A DNA stretch of 64,000 nucleotides from Stellaceae bacterium (GTDB lineage: Bacteria; Pseudomonadota; Alphaproteobacteria; ATCC43930; CGMCC-115725): assembly GCA_035552195.1 (NCBI GenBank), contig DASZLU010000145.1:1052-65051 (forward strand). The letters run 5' to 3'. This document shows positions 31,340 to 40,140 of this stretch, piece after piece (within the stretch, counting starts at the first letter, position 1; each line of letters starts with the position of its first letter). The translations under genes were made by a program, and so were the position numbers. The notes beneath the pieces were generated by a model that had not been told where the DNA came from, searched no databases, and saw only the letters and a program-made list of their open reading frames with translations.

Positions 31340-33418
31340 ATGACGCAATCCGCGCTCGATGCTCTCTTCGAGCGGGCCGCGGATGCCAATCGCCACGGCG
31401 ATCTCGCCGGTGCCGAGAAACTGTGCCGCGAGATCATCGCCGCGGACCCCCATCATCTACGCGCACTCTTCGCGCTGGCGACCATCGCCTACGATCGCGG
31501 CGATTACGCCGCTGCCGAAACCTATGCCGTGCGTTTGGCCGTCATCAATCCACGCATCGCGGAAGTTCAGAATTTGCACGGCATGGCGCAAGCGGCGCTC
31601 GGGCACCTGAACGATGCCGCCGCCAGCTTCGCGGCTGCAGCCGCGCTCATGCCTGACCCGACCGGAGCGCTCTACAACCGCGGCAACATTCTTTTCACGC
31701 TGGGCCGCTTCGAAGACGCGCTGAGCAGCTACGACGCCGCCCTCGCTCGAGCACCCGACGATACGATCATCGTCAACAACCGCGGCAACACGTTGCGCGC
31801 GCTGAACCACGCCTCTGCGGCGCTTGCCGCCTACGATCGAGCCATCGCGCTCGACCCGTCCTTTGCCGGCGCGCACAACAATCGCGGCATCGCCTTGCAG
31901 ATGCTCGGCCGGTTCGATGAGGCGTTGGCGAGCTTCGATCGCGCGATCGGGCTCGATCCGAACGACGCCGAGGCACGGTACAATCGCGGTGTCGCGCTGG
32001 CCGGCATGAAGCGGTTCGAAGACGCGTTGGCCAGTCACGAGGCTGCGCTGAGATTGCAACCCGCCCATGCCGATGCCGCCGGCGCCGCTTTCGGCCTCGC
32101 CGCCATCCTCTGCGATTGGCAGGATTGGGAAAAGCGGGCCAGCGACATCGTGGCGCGTATCCGAGACGGCAAGGCCATCGCGCCGCTGATCGTCCTTGGC
32201 TTCAACGATGACCCAGCGCTCCAGGCGCTAGCCGCTCGCAACGCCATCAAAACGCTCGGCACAGTGGTCGCGGAGCCCTTGCCAGTCTATCCAGCGCATC
32301 GACGCATCCGCCTCGCCTATCTCTCCGCCGATTTTCGCAATCATGTCGTCGGTCACACGCTGGTGGATCTGTTCGAACGCCTCGATCGCCAGCGCTTCGA
32401 GCTCTGGGGCATATCGCTGGCACCGGCCCCCGACAGCGCGATCCGGCGGCGGCTGATCGTCGGGTTCGATCATTTCATCGACGCCGCTTCTCTATCCGAT
32501 CGCGCGACGGCGACGCTGCTCCGTGAGCAGGAGATCGACATTGCCATCGATCTCATGGGCCACACCGAGAATACGCGGCTGGGCGTGTTCGCATTTCGCG
32601 CAGCACCGCTTCAGGTCAATCAATTCGGCTATCCCGGCACGGACGGCGCGGATTTCATCGACTACGTCATTGGCGATCGCATCGCTACGCATGATGCCCT
32701 CGCTGGGGATTTCAATGAGCGGATCGTAACACTGCCCGATTGCTATCTGCCGAGCGCGGCGATGCCGCCGCAGAGCGAAAGACCGGACCGTCGCGTGTTC
32801 GGGCTTCCCGACGAAGGATTTGTCTTCTGCAATTTCAATGCGCCGCAGAAGATCACGCCGGCGGTGTTCGAGATTTGGACGCGATTGCTCGCGCAGATCG
32901 ATGGCAGCGTGCTGTGGCTTTATACCGGCGAAGCGTCACAGCCGAATTTGCGCCGCGCCGCGGAACAGCACGGCATTGACCCGCAGCGCCTCATCTTCGC
33001 GCCGCCGCTCGAACGCGCGTTGCATCTGGCGCGGCTCGGCGCAGCCGATCTCTTTCTCGATACGATGCCCTATGGCGCACACAACACGGCGATCGAGACG
33101 GTCTGGGCTGGCGTACCGTTGGTCACCTGCACCGGCAACAGCATGGCCGCACGGGCCGCGACCAGCGTGCTCACCGCCGCGCGATTGCCGGAATTGGCGA
33201 CACCGTCCCTCGCCGCTTACGAAACGCTCGCCCTATCCCTCGCTCGGGAACCCGATCGGCTCGCGGCGTTGCGCCAAAAACTCGCCGCCTCGCGCGCCGG
33301 ATCGGCACTCTTCGACCTGCCACGCTATTGCCGTCATCTCGAAACCGCTTACACGACGATGTGGCAACGCCACCGCGATGGATTGGCGCCGGCGGGCTTC
33401 GCAGTCGCCGATCAATAA
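31340..33418 (+). CDS. TPR-repeat protein fused to SPINDLY/OGT-like (GT41) glycosyltransferase domain
   Basis: About 7 TPR units are seen (..AL..DP..A.A..NRG..). The C-terminal part reads ..FCNFNAPQKITP.. and ..DTMPYGAHNTAIETVWAGVPLVTCTG.., typical of GT41 O-GlcNAc-transferase-like enzymes. It starts 7 nt after trmFO. Confidence 0.8.
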   Translation: MTQSALDALFERAADANRHGDLAGAEKLCREIIAADPHHLRALFALATIAYDRGDYAAAETYAVRLAVINPRIAEVQNLHGMAQAALGHLNDAAASFAAAAALMPDPTGALYNRGNILFTLGRFEDALSSYDAALARAPDDTIIVNNRGNTLRALNHASAALAAYDRAIALDPSFAGAHNNRGIALQMLGRFDEALASFDRAIGLDPNDAEARYNRGVALAGMKRFEDALASHEAALRLQPAHADAAGAAFGLAAILCDWQDWEKRASDIVARIRDGKAIAPLIVLGFNDDPALQALAARNAIKTLGTVVAEPLPVYPAHRRIRLAYLSADFRNHVVGHTLVDLFERLDRQRFELWGISLAPAPDSAIRRRLIVGFDHFIDAASLSDRATATLLREQEIDIAIDLMGHTENTRLGVFAFRAAPLQVNQFGYPGTDGADFIDYVIGDRIATHDALAGDFNERIVTLPDCYLPSAAMPPQSERPDRRVFGLPDEGFVFCNFNAPQKITPAVFEIWTRLLAQIDGSVLWLYTGEASQPNLRRAAEQHGIDPQRLIFAPPLERALHLARLGAADLFLDTMPYGAHNTAIETVWAGVPLVTCTGNSMAARAATSVLTAARLPELATPSLAAYETLALSLAREPDRLAALRQKLAASRAGSALFDLPRYCRHLETAYTTMWQRHRDGLAPAGFAVADQ

Positions 33419-34254
33419 ACGCCTCGCCACGCCGCCCAGGAAAGCCGCAGGCTTTGCATCGTGTCTTCGCGCGCGAGCCGGGGATCGAAGAAATCATGGC
33501 CGATCGCGTCGAGTTGCTTAAGCCGGCGCTCGGCCAACGTGGCATGGAGCAAAACCGGCAACGCCGCACGCGGGATGGACGCGCGCTCGCGCCGGGCCGC
33601 GTCGAGATGCTGTCGTGCCCGCGCCGCGATATCGCGCGCGGTCGCCGCCAGCGCCGGCGAGGGCTTCAGCGCGAAGAGACTCCCCTCGAGATCGACGCCA
33701 TGCCCGTCCGTGAGGTCTGCCGGCAGGTAAGACCGACGAAATTGTGCATGAAACGGCGCCGCGGCCAGCAAACCGGCGAGCGCGTAAGCGGTCCCGGCGG
33801 CCCGCGCCGCCTCCGCGGCGCGGGCGTCTCCAATACCCAGCACCTCGAGCGCAAGCAGGTTGAGCGCGCCGGACGTTCTGTCCACGTACTCTTCGAGCGC
33901 CGCCATGGATTGCGGCGGCGCATCTTCCATGTCGTGCGCACGCGCATCGAGCAGCGTCGTGAAATGGGCTTTCGAGAGACGGTGCGTGACAATCGCCGCG
34001 GCGAGTGGCGTCGCCACCTCGTGCCGGCGCGGTTGCTTGCCCGCATAGATCTCGTCGAGCGCATCACGCCACCATTGCAGGCGTATCAGCCCCAGCATGG
34101 GTTCGCGCACGTATTCGCGGATGCGCGCGACCTCGTAGTTGAAGGCATAAAGCGCGAACAATGCGTCGCGGCGATCCGCCGGCGCGAAAAGAGCGGTCTG
34201 ATACCGGTCGCGATCGTGGCCGCGCAGCGCCCTCGCCAGCGTGGGATCGCTCAT
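33412..34254 (-). CDS. squalene/phytoene synthase-family protein (NDUFAF6-like)
   Basis: ATG 34254 (MSDPTLARALRGHDRDRYQTALFAP..). The region ..ALYAFNYEVARIRE...LIRLQWWRDAL.. is typical of the alphaproteobacterial NDUFAF6-like branch. The canonical DxxxD motifs are not obvious. Confidence 0.7.
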   Translation of the reverse strand: MSDPTLARALRGHDRDRYQTALFAPADRRDALFALYAFNYEVARIREYVREPMLGLIRLQWWRDALDEIYAGKQPRRHEVATPLAAAIVTHRLSKAHFTTLLDARAHDMEDAPPQSMAALEEYVDRTSGALNLLALEVLGIGDARAAEAARAAGTAYALAGLLAAAPFHAQFRRSYLPADLTDGHGVDLEGSLFALKPSPALAATARDIAARARQHLDAARRERASIPRAALPVLLHATLAERRLKQLDAIGHDFFDPRLAREDTMQSLRLSWAAWRGVY

Positions 34255-34451
34255 GAGGGCGACGGCGTCCCAGGCTTCGAGCCGCCTGCCATGGCGGTGC
34301 GCGCTTGCGCCAAACAGTCCGGGCAAAGGCAGGTTGCGCCGGAAGCGGGCATCGGCAGATAGGGCGGCGCCTTGCACCAGCAATCGCCTGTAGGATCGCA
34401 GGCAAAGCTCGCGTCGCACTTCGAACATCGAATTTTTGTGCCCGCGCTCAT
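34251..34451 (-). CDS. cysteine-rich CWC-family small protein (66 aa)
   Basis: MSAGTKIRCSKCDASFACDPTGDCWCKAPPYLPMPASGATCLCPDCL.. has 8 Cys, including the CWC motif. Its stop overlaps the downstream start (ATGA). Confidence 0.65.
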   Translation of the reverse strand: MSAGTKIRCSKCDASFACDPTGDCWCKAPPYLPMPASGATCLCPDCLAQARTAMAGGSKPGTPSPS

Positions 34452-34560
34452 GGCATCCGCCTCAAATTGCCGCCGAGTCTCCGTGAAGCTATCTTCTACC
34501 CCGTCGGCACCACGCGGGTGCCGTCTTCCTTTCAGTAACAACCGGTGGAAAGAGATAAAG

Positions 34561-35160
34561 ATGGCATTTGAACTCCCCCCGCTTCCCTATCCGAAGAACG
34601 CGTTGGAGCCGCATACCTCGGCCAAGACGCTCGAGTTTCATCACGATAAGCACCATGCGGCTTACGTGACCAACCTGAACAACCTCGTCAAGGACTCGCC
34701 GATGGCGTCGCAGTCCTTGGAGGATATCATCAAGGCGACAGCAAAAGACGAGTCGAAAGTCGGCGTCTTCAACAATGCCGCCCAGGTCTGGAATCACACC
34801 TTCTTCTGGAACTGCATGAAGCCGAATGGCGGCGGTCAGCCCTCGGGCGATGTCGCTTCCGCGATCACCTCGTCGTTCGGCAGCTACGACAAGTTCAAGG
34901 AAGAATTCAAGGCGGCCTGCGTCGGACAATTCGGCAGCGGCTGGGGTTGGCTGGTCGCCGACGGCGGCAAGGTCAAGATCACCAAGACTCCGAACGCCGT
35001 TAACCCCTTGTCGCAAGGGCAAAACGCGCTTCTGACCTGCGACGTCTGGGAGCACGCTTATTACCTCGACTACCAGAATCGGCGTCCGGACTTCGTCGAG
35101 ACCTTCTTGACCCATCTGGTCAATTGGGATTTTGTCGCGGCGAATCTCAAAGCACGATAA
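34561..35160 (+). CDS. sodB: Fe/Mn superoxide dismutase
   Basis: MAFELPPLPYPKNALEPH..LEFHHDKHHAAYV.. and ..DVWEHAYYLDYQNRRPDF.. are present. The start was moved to ATG 34561. Confidence 0.95.
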   Translation: MAFELPPLPYPKNALEPHTSAKTLEFHHDKHHAAYVTNLNNLVKDSPMASQSLEDIIKATAKDESKVGVFNNAAQVWNHTFFWNCMKPNGGGQPSGDVASAITSSFGSYDKFKEEFKAACVGQFGSGWGWLVADGGKVKITKTPNAVNPLSQGQNALLTCDVWEHAYYLDYQNRRPDFVETFLTHLVNWDFVAANLKAR

Positions 35161-35171
35161 TATTGCCCGAT

Positions 35172-35199
35172 GCTGTGCGGCTCGAGGGGGCCGCACAGC
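35172..35199 (+). terminator. stem-loop downstream of sodB
   Basis: 10-bp perfect stem gctgtgcggc-tcgagggg-gccgcacagc, 12 nt after the stop. No clear U-tract follows. Confidence 0.45.
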
Positions 35200-35235
35200 A
35201 CCGCAACGCACATTAACGATCCAGGGGGAACGCTC

Positions 35236-35328
35236 ATGAAAAATCCATTGGATTCTTTAGGACAGACTATCGTGCTGGGCCTCGTGCTCACGGTTGTCGT
35301 GGTGTTTTTGATCCACGCAATCGCTTGA
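35236..35328 (+). CDS. 30-aa single-TM micro-protein (below the ORF-track cutoff)
   Basis: ATG 35236 lies 6 nt after GGGGGAA. The product is MKNPLDSLGQTIVLGLVLTVVVVFLIHAIA*. The stop is 16 nt before the next gene, which has its own SD (AAAGGGGAA). Confidence 0.45.
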   Translation: MKNPLDSLGQTIVLGLVLTVVVVFLIHAIA

Positions 35329-35344
35329 GCGAAAGGGGAACATC

Positions 35345-35854
35345 ATGCAAGAGTTCGCCTCTTTCGACTGGTGGAACTTCTTTTTCCGTTGGTGCCATAT
35401 CGCCAGCGGTGTGATGTGGATTGGTCACCTCTGGTACTTCAACTTCACCCAAACGCCGACAATGCCGAAGATCCCGGCCGAACTTCGCCCCGGCGTCGCT
35501 AAGTACATCCTACCCGAAGCGCTTTTCTGGTTCCGCTGGAGCGCGATGTTCACGATCATCTTCGGCCTGATCCTCGCCGGGATGAATAGTTATCTGCTGT
35601 CGGCGATCAAGCTCGGCATCGGCGATCACAGCACGCATAACACCACGATCGGCATCGGCATGTGGCTGGGCACGATCATGTGGTTCAATGTCTGGTTCAT
35701 CATTTGGCCGAACCAGAAGAAGAACATCGGCATCACGCCCGCGACGCCCGACGAGATCAAGGCTGCCGCGCGCACCGCGGGTCTCGCCTCGCGCGTCAAC
35801 ACGATGCTCTCGATCCCGATGCTCTATTGCATGGCCGGCGTTCACTTCTACTAA
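35345..35854 (+). CDS. 4-TM membrane protein with conserved His/Trp motif (PuuD N-terminal-like / putative haem-binding family)
   Basis: The N-terminal ..FFFRWCHIASGVMWIGHLWYFNFTQ.. pattern resembles the membrane domain of urate hydroxylase PuuD-type proteins. The family assignment is from memory only. Confidence 0.5.
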   Translation: MQEFASFDWWNFFFRWCHIASGVMWIGHLWYFNFTQTPTMPKIPAELRPGVAKYILPEALFWFRWSAMFTIIFGLILAGMNSYLLSAIKLGIGDHSTHNTTIGIGMWLGTIMWFNVWFIIWPNQKKNIGITPATPDEIKAAARTAGLASRVNTMLSIPMLYCMAGVHFY

Positions 35855-35880
35855 CGCTTCCGGCCGCTCGGTGATAAGCG

Positions 35881-35904
35881 AAACGGGGCTTTGCGGCCCC
35901 GTTT
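35881..35904. terminator. bidirectional terminator-like hairpin between convergent genes
   Basis: aaacggggc-tttgcg-gccccgttt, located between the stops at 35854 (+) and 35932 (-). Confidence 0.55.
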
Positions 35905-35931
35905 CCACTTCGGAGATGCGGCGGGCGCGCG

Positions 35932-36312
35932 TTAAAGCACAGCGCCGAGCACGGCCTGCAGCGTTTCCATCTTGAACGGCTTTTGCATGATCGGACGCGT
36001 CGCCCATTGCTCAGGCAGGCCGTGCCGGCCGTAGCCGGTCGCGAAGATGAATGCGATCTTGGCGTCGGCCAATGCCTGTGCGAGCTGATAGCCCGAATCG
36101 CCGCCGAGATTGACGTCGAGGATCACGGCATGCGGCTTGTGCTGCGCCAGGATTGCCTGTGCGGCCTTCGTATTGGCCGCAACCCAAACCTGATTGCAGC
36201 CGAGATCGAGCAGCATCTCCTCGATGACCGAGGCGATCATCTCCTCATCCTCGACCACGAGGATGTCGCGCCCGCTGAATTTGGGATCGGTACCTGGCAG
36301 TTGTCCGCTCAT
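35932..36312 (-). CDS. single-domain response regulator (CheY-like receiver)
   Basis: ..RDILVVEDEEMIASVIEEML.. and the phospho-acceptor context ..HAVILDVNLGGDSG.. are present, and ..KPF lies near the end. There is no output domain. Confidence 0.85.
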   Translation of the reverse strand: MSGQLPGTDPKFSGRDILVVEDEEMIASVIEEMLLDLGCNQVWVAANTKAAQAILAQHKPHAVILDVNLGGDSGYQLAQALADAKIAFIFATGYGRHGLPEQWATRPIMQKPFKMETLQAVLGAVL

Positions 36313-36381
36313 CGCCGACTCGCCCACGCTAAACGTGCTGTCATCGGAAACATAATCGATGCCTGCCCGCTTGGTTCCCGC

Positions 36382-36753
36382 TCAGCCTGCCGGGAGCAGG
36401 GCCGCAGCGACCCGGCGATCCTCGGCGAGCAACACGTTATAAGTGCGGCAAGCAGCGCCCGTATCCATGGCATCGACAACGACGCCATGAGCACGCAGTT
36501 CCTGGCGCAACTCCGGCGGGACCAGTTGCATATGGTGCCCACAGCCGAGCAGCAGAATTTGGATACCGGATTCGACGACAGGCGCGAGCGACGCTGCCGA
36601 TATGTCGGCGATTGTCGTGACCGGCCAAGCCCGGGTTGCGTGCGGCAGGACAAGAATTGCGCCGTCATAGGAAGTGCCGCTGACACGGAAGCCGCTCGCA
36701 CCATAGCTCTCGATGACTTGCCGATCTTTTGCGACGAGCGGCGTAACGTCCAA
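36382..36753 (-). CDS. Mth938-like (DUF498, NDUFAF3-like) domain protein
   Basis: 123 aa, with ..IESYGASGFRVSGTSYDGAILVLP... and ..ILLLGCGHHMQ..., typical of the Mth938 family. The start is TTG at 36753, 1-2 nt after the secF stop. Confidence 0.65.
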   Translation of the reverse strand: MDVTPLVAKDRQVIESYGASGFRVSGTSYDGAILVLPHATRAWPVTTIADISAASLAPVVESGIQILLLGCGHHMQLVPPELRQELRAHGVVVDAMDTGAACRTYNVLLAEDRRVAAALLPAG

Positions 36754-36755
36754 GC

Positions 36756-37694
36756 TCAGGGCTTTCCGCGCGCCGGGGCATCACCAGCTTCGCCTGCCGA
36801 CGCGCCGGCGCGTTTCGGGCGGATGTAATAGAGCATCGGCGCGGCGATGAAGAGCGACGAATACGTGCCCACGACGATGCCCCACAGCATCGCGATCGAG
36901 AAGCCGCGCAACACCTCGCCGCCAAAGAGCAGCAAGCACAGCACCGCGAGCGCGGTGGTGCTGACGGTGAGAATCGTCCGCGACAGGGTCTCGTTGAGGC
37001 TCTTATTGATGAGCTCGGCGAACTCCATCGACTTGTAGCGGCGCATGGTTTCACGGACACGGTCATAGATGACGACGGTGTCGTTGATCGAATAGCCCGC
37101 GATGGTGAGGATCGCGGCCAGAGTCGTCAGATTGAATTCGATCTGCAGGAGCGAGAACAGGCCGATCGTCGTGATCGTATCGTGCAAGGTCGACAGCATG
37201 GCGCCGACGCCGAACGGCCATTCGAAGCGGAACCACACGTAAAACGCGATCGCGAAAAGTGCGAGGATCGTCGCTTCGACGCCGGCCTTGATGAGCTCGG
37301 CACCGACCGTTGGACCGACTACTTCGGTGCGGCGATATTCGAACGTGCTGCCAAGCTTTTGCTTGACCTGATTAACCGTCTCCTCTTGGGTCTTGTCCGA
37401 CTGCTCTTGCAGGCGAATCAACACATCATCGGGGCCGCCAAAATTCTGCAGCGTCACATCGCGCAGACCAAGGCTGTCGAGATCGGCGCGCATCGTGTTG
37501 AGGTCCGCCGCGCCTGTGGTGCTGCGCACCTCGATGATCGTTCCGCCGCTGAAATCGATGCCGTAATTGAGGCCGCGCGTGAAGAACAGCGCGATCGACG
37601 CGATGGTCATGAGGAGCGACAGGGCGAAACCGACCTGTCGCATCCCCATGAAGTTGATGTTCGGAATCCGGCGGATGATGATAAGCGGGCGCAT
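36756..37694 (-). CDS. secF: protein translocase subunit SecF
   Basis: ATG 37694 (MRPLIIIRRIPNINFMGMRQVGFALS..GLNYGIDFSGGT..). The track ORF over-extends into secD. Confidence 0.93.
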   Translation of the reverse strand: MRPLIIIRRIPNINFMGMRQVGFALSLLMTIASIALFFTRGLNYGIDFSGGTIIEVRSTTGAADLNTMRADLDSLGLRDVTLQNFGGPDDVLIRLQEQSDKTQEETVNQVKQKLGSTFEYRRTEVVGPTVGAELIKAGVEATILALFAIAFYVWFRFEWPFGVGAMLSTLHDTITTIGLFSLLQIEFNLTTLAAILTIAGYSINDTVVIYDRVRETMRRYKSMEFAELINKSLNETLSRTILTVSTTALAVLCLLLFGGEVLRGFSIAMLWGIVVGTYSSLFIAAPMLYYIRPKRAGASAGEAGDAPARGKP

Positions 37695-37699
37695 CGGGA

Positions 37700-39271
37700 T
37701 CAGATCGGAATGACTTTGGGTTTCGTGCGGCGCAGCCAGGTCACGATAAGGAGCCGGGTCACGAGGATGGCCGAAAAGAGCGAGGTCAGGACGCCGAGGC
37801 TCAGCGTTACGGCGAAGCCCTTCACCGGGCCCGAGCCGAGCCAGAACATCAACGCGCCGGCAACCAGCGTCGTGACGTGGCTGTCGAGAATGGTGCCGAA
37901 GGCGCGCTCGAACCCGGCCTGCAGCGAGGAGATGAGCGAGCGTCCGCCCCTCACCTCTTCGCGGATGCGCTCGTAGATCAGCACATTGGCGTCGACCGCC
38001 ATGCCCATGGTCAACGCGATGCCGGCGATGCCAGGCAAGGTCAGCGTGGCGCCGAGCAAGGTCAGCGCCGCCATCATGATGCAAAGATTGAAGAACAGCG
38101 CGATGTCGGCGAACAAGCCGAACAGGCCGTAGAACACGACCATGAAGATCACGACGAGGATCACGCCGACGATGCTGGCCAGCGCGCCGGCGTGGATCGA
38201 ATCCGCGCCAAGACCGGGACCGACGGTCCGCTCTTCGAGCACGGTAAGCGGCGCCGGTAAGGCGCCAGCGCGCAGCAGCAGCGCAAGATCGTTCGCCGTC
38301 TGCACGGTGAAGCTACCTTCGATGACGCCCGCACCGCCGAGGATCGGCTCACGGATCACGGGAGCGCTAATCACCTTGTTGTCGAGCACGATGGCGAAAG
38401 GCTTGCCGACATTTTCCTTCGTCGCGTCGGCAAAGCGCCGCGCCCCGGTCGAATCGAATTTGAAGCTGACGACCGGCGCGCTGTTCTGGAACGTCGCCTG
38501 CGCATCGGTGAGCGTGTCGCCGCTCACCATCACGCGCCGGCGCACGACATAATATTGCGTCGGCTGTCCGTTGGCCGTCGTCGAGCTCGGCAGCAAAATA
38601 TCGCCTGCCGGCACCTTGCCGCCGCGCGCATCTTGCGGCGACGCGTTCGGATCGACGAGCTGGAAAGTCATCTTTGCCGTGCGACCGATCAGCTCTTTCA
38701 CATGCTCCGGATCGTCGATGCCGGGAAGCTGCACCAGGATGCGATCGTCGCCTTCGCGCTGAATCGATGGCTCTTTCGTGCCGGTTTCGTCGATGCGGCG
38801 GCGCACGATCTCGATCGATTGATCGATCGCCGAATTGCGCCGTTGAATCACCGCTTGTTGGTTCGGCGTCAGCGTCACCGTCCCACTGGCGCTGACCTGC
38901 ACGTCCATCGACGGGTCGACCTTGGTGACGATGTCGCGGACGTCCTTCATGCGGTCGTTATCGCGCACCGTGAAGCTGACATGGTTGCCCGCCGCGGCGA
39001 GATCTGTGTAGCCGACTTTCGCGGCAACGAGCTGCGTGCGCACCTCATCGAGGAGGCTTGTGAGCCGCTCCTGCTCGACGGCGTTCATGTCGACGGAGAA
39101 CAGCAGGTACGAGCCGCCGCGCAGATCGAGACCGAGTGACATCTGCTTGCGCAGGAAACTCGGCCAATGATCGAGCGACGCGGGCGAGAATGCGTTCGGC
39201 AGTGCGAAAAGGAAACCGAGGAAGCATACGCCGAGGATCAGCGTGAGCTTCCATCCCTGGAAATAGAGCAT
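37700..39271 (-). CDS. secD: protein translocase subunit SecD
   Basis: 523 aa: ..LGLDLRGGSYLLF.., a periplasmic domain, then 6 TM segments. Confidence 0.95.
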   Translation of the reverse strand: MLYFQGWKLTLILGVCFLGFLFALPNAFSPASLDHWPSFLRKQMSLGLDLRGGSYLLFSVDMNAVEQERLTSLLDEVRTQLVAAKVGYTDLAAAGNHVSFTVRDNDRMKDVRDIVTKVDPSMDVQVSASGTVTLTPNQQAVIQRRNSAIDQSIEIVRRRIDETGTKEPSIQREGDDRILVQLPGIDDPEHVKELIGRTAKMTFQLVDPNASPQDARGGKVPAGDILLPSSTTANGQPTQYYVVRRRVMVSGDTLTDAQATFQNSAPVVSFKFDSTGARRFADATKENVGKPFAIVLDNKVISAPVIREPILGGAGVIEGSFTVQTANDLALLLRAGALPAPLTVLEERTVGPGLGADSIHAGALASIVGVILVVIFMVVFYGLFGLFADIALFFNLCIMMAALTLLGATLTLPGIAGIALTMGMAVDANVLIYERIREEVRGGRSLISSLQAGFERAFGTILDSHVTTLVAGALMFWLGSGPVKGFAVTLSLGVLTSLFSAILVTRLLIVTWLRRTKPKVIPI

Positions 39272-39305
39272 TGCTTCGACCTAACGCGTGGGATCGCGGG
39301 CGGGC

Positions 39306-39755
39306 TTAGCGCAAGCCCAGCATACGCCGCCACGCCGGCGTCTTGTCGTCGGCATCCTTCGCCGGCGGCGTCGTCGCCGTGGCGCTGTCGTCATTGGCAG
39401 GCGTATCGCTGTCGCCGGTCTTTGCTGTCTTCGCCGGCTCGGTCTTGGCGAGGACCTGCGAGATCGTCGAGCGCACGGCGCGCACCCGCACATTGTCGGC
39501 GAGGTCGACCAGGACCTCTTCGTTATTCACCACTTTCGCGACGGTGCCGATCAGGCCACCCGCGGTCACGATGCGATCGCCGCGGCGGATCGCGTCGAGC
39601 ATCGAGCGCTGCTGCTTCGCTTTTTGCTGCTGCGGCCGGATCAGGAAAAAGTAAAAAACGACGAAGATCAGCGCCAGCGGAGCAAGCTGAACCATCATGC
39701 TGGAGGCATCGCCGCCGCCGGCGGCCGCCTGCGCATAAGCGGGCGTAATCAGCAT
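39306..39755 (-). CDS. yajC: preprotein translocase subunit YajC with ~55-aa T/A/D-rich C-terminal extension
   Basis: ATG 39755 follows GGAGTTGGAGG. The core reads ..LAPLALIFVVFYFFLIRPQQQKAKQQRSMLDAIRRGDRIVTAGGLIGTV.. Confidence 0.9.
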   Translation of the reverse strand: MLITPAYAQAAAGGGDASSMMVQLAPLALIFVVFYFFLIRPQQQKAKQQRSMLDAIRRGDRIVTAGGLIGTVAKVVNNEEVLVDLADNVRVRAVRSTISQVLAKTEPAKTAKTGDSDTPANDDSATATTPPAKDADDKTPAWRRMLGLR

Positions 39756-39913
39756 CCTCCAACTCCTTCGCATCAATGGGAAAAGAGCCGCTTCCGGGCC
39801 CTCGTAAACCGTGGCGCATTCCTACTGGATGGAAGCATAAAGCGCAAGCAAGACAATGGCTTTGCGGCCGCTGCGACGGTCGCTATCATGGCATTCATCT
39901 TCGGGAGACGGCG

Positions 39914-40115
39914 ATGAAAACGTTTATGTTTTTGGGACTTGCCGCTTGGCTTTGACGGGCTGCACCGACACGATCGTGATGCACGATGCGAACGGCCAGC
40001 AAGATGTTTGCGAGAACGCCTGATGTACCGTTCGCTCCATCAATGCGTCCTGAACGCCCAGCGCGACGGCATGACCATGGCCGACGGCCCGGCCTGGCGG
40101 ATGTTCTATCGGTAA
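39914..40115 (+). pseudogene. possible frameshifted small lipoprotein gene
   Basis: The ATG frame gives MKTFMFLGLAAWL* (stop at 39953). The -1 frame continues LTGCTDTIVMHDANGQQDVCENA* with a lipobox-like L-T-G-C. A third frame continues LMYRSLHQCVLNAQRDGMTMADGPAWRMFYR*. Two apparent 1-nt shifts occur in 200 bp. Confidence 0.3.
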
Positions 40116-40140
40116 TTGCTTTGGTGGTTAGGGTAAGAGA

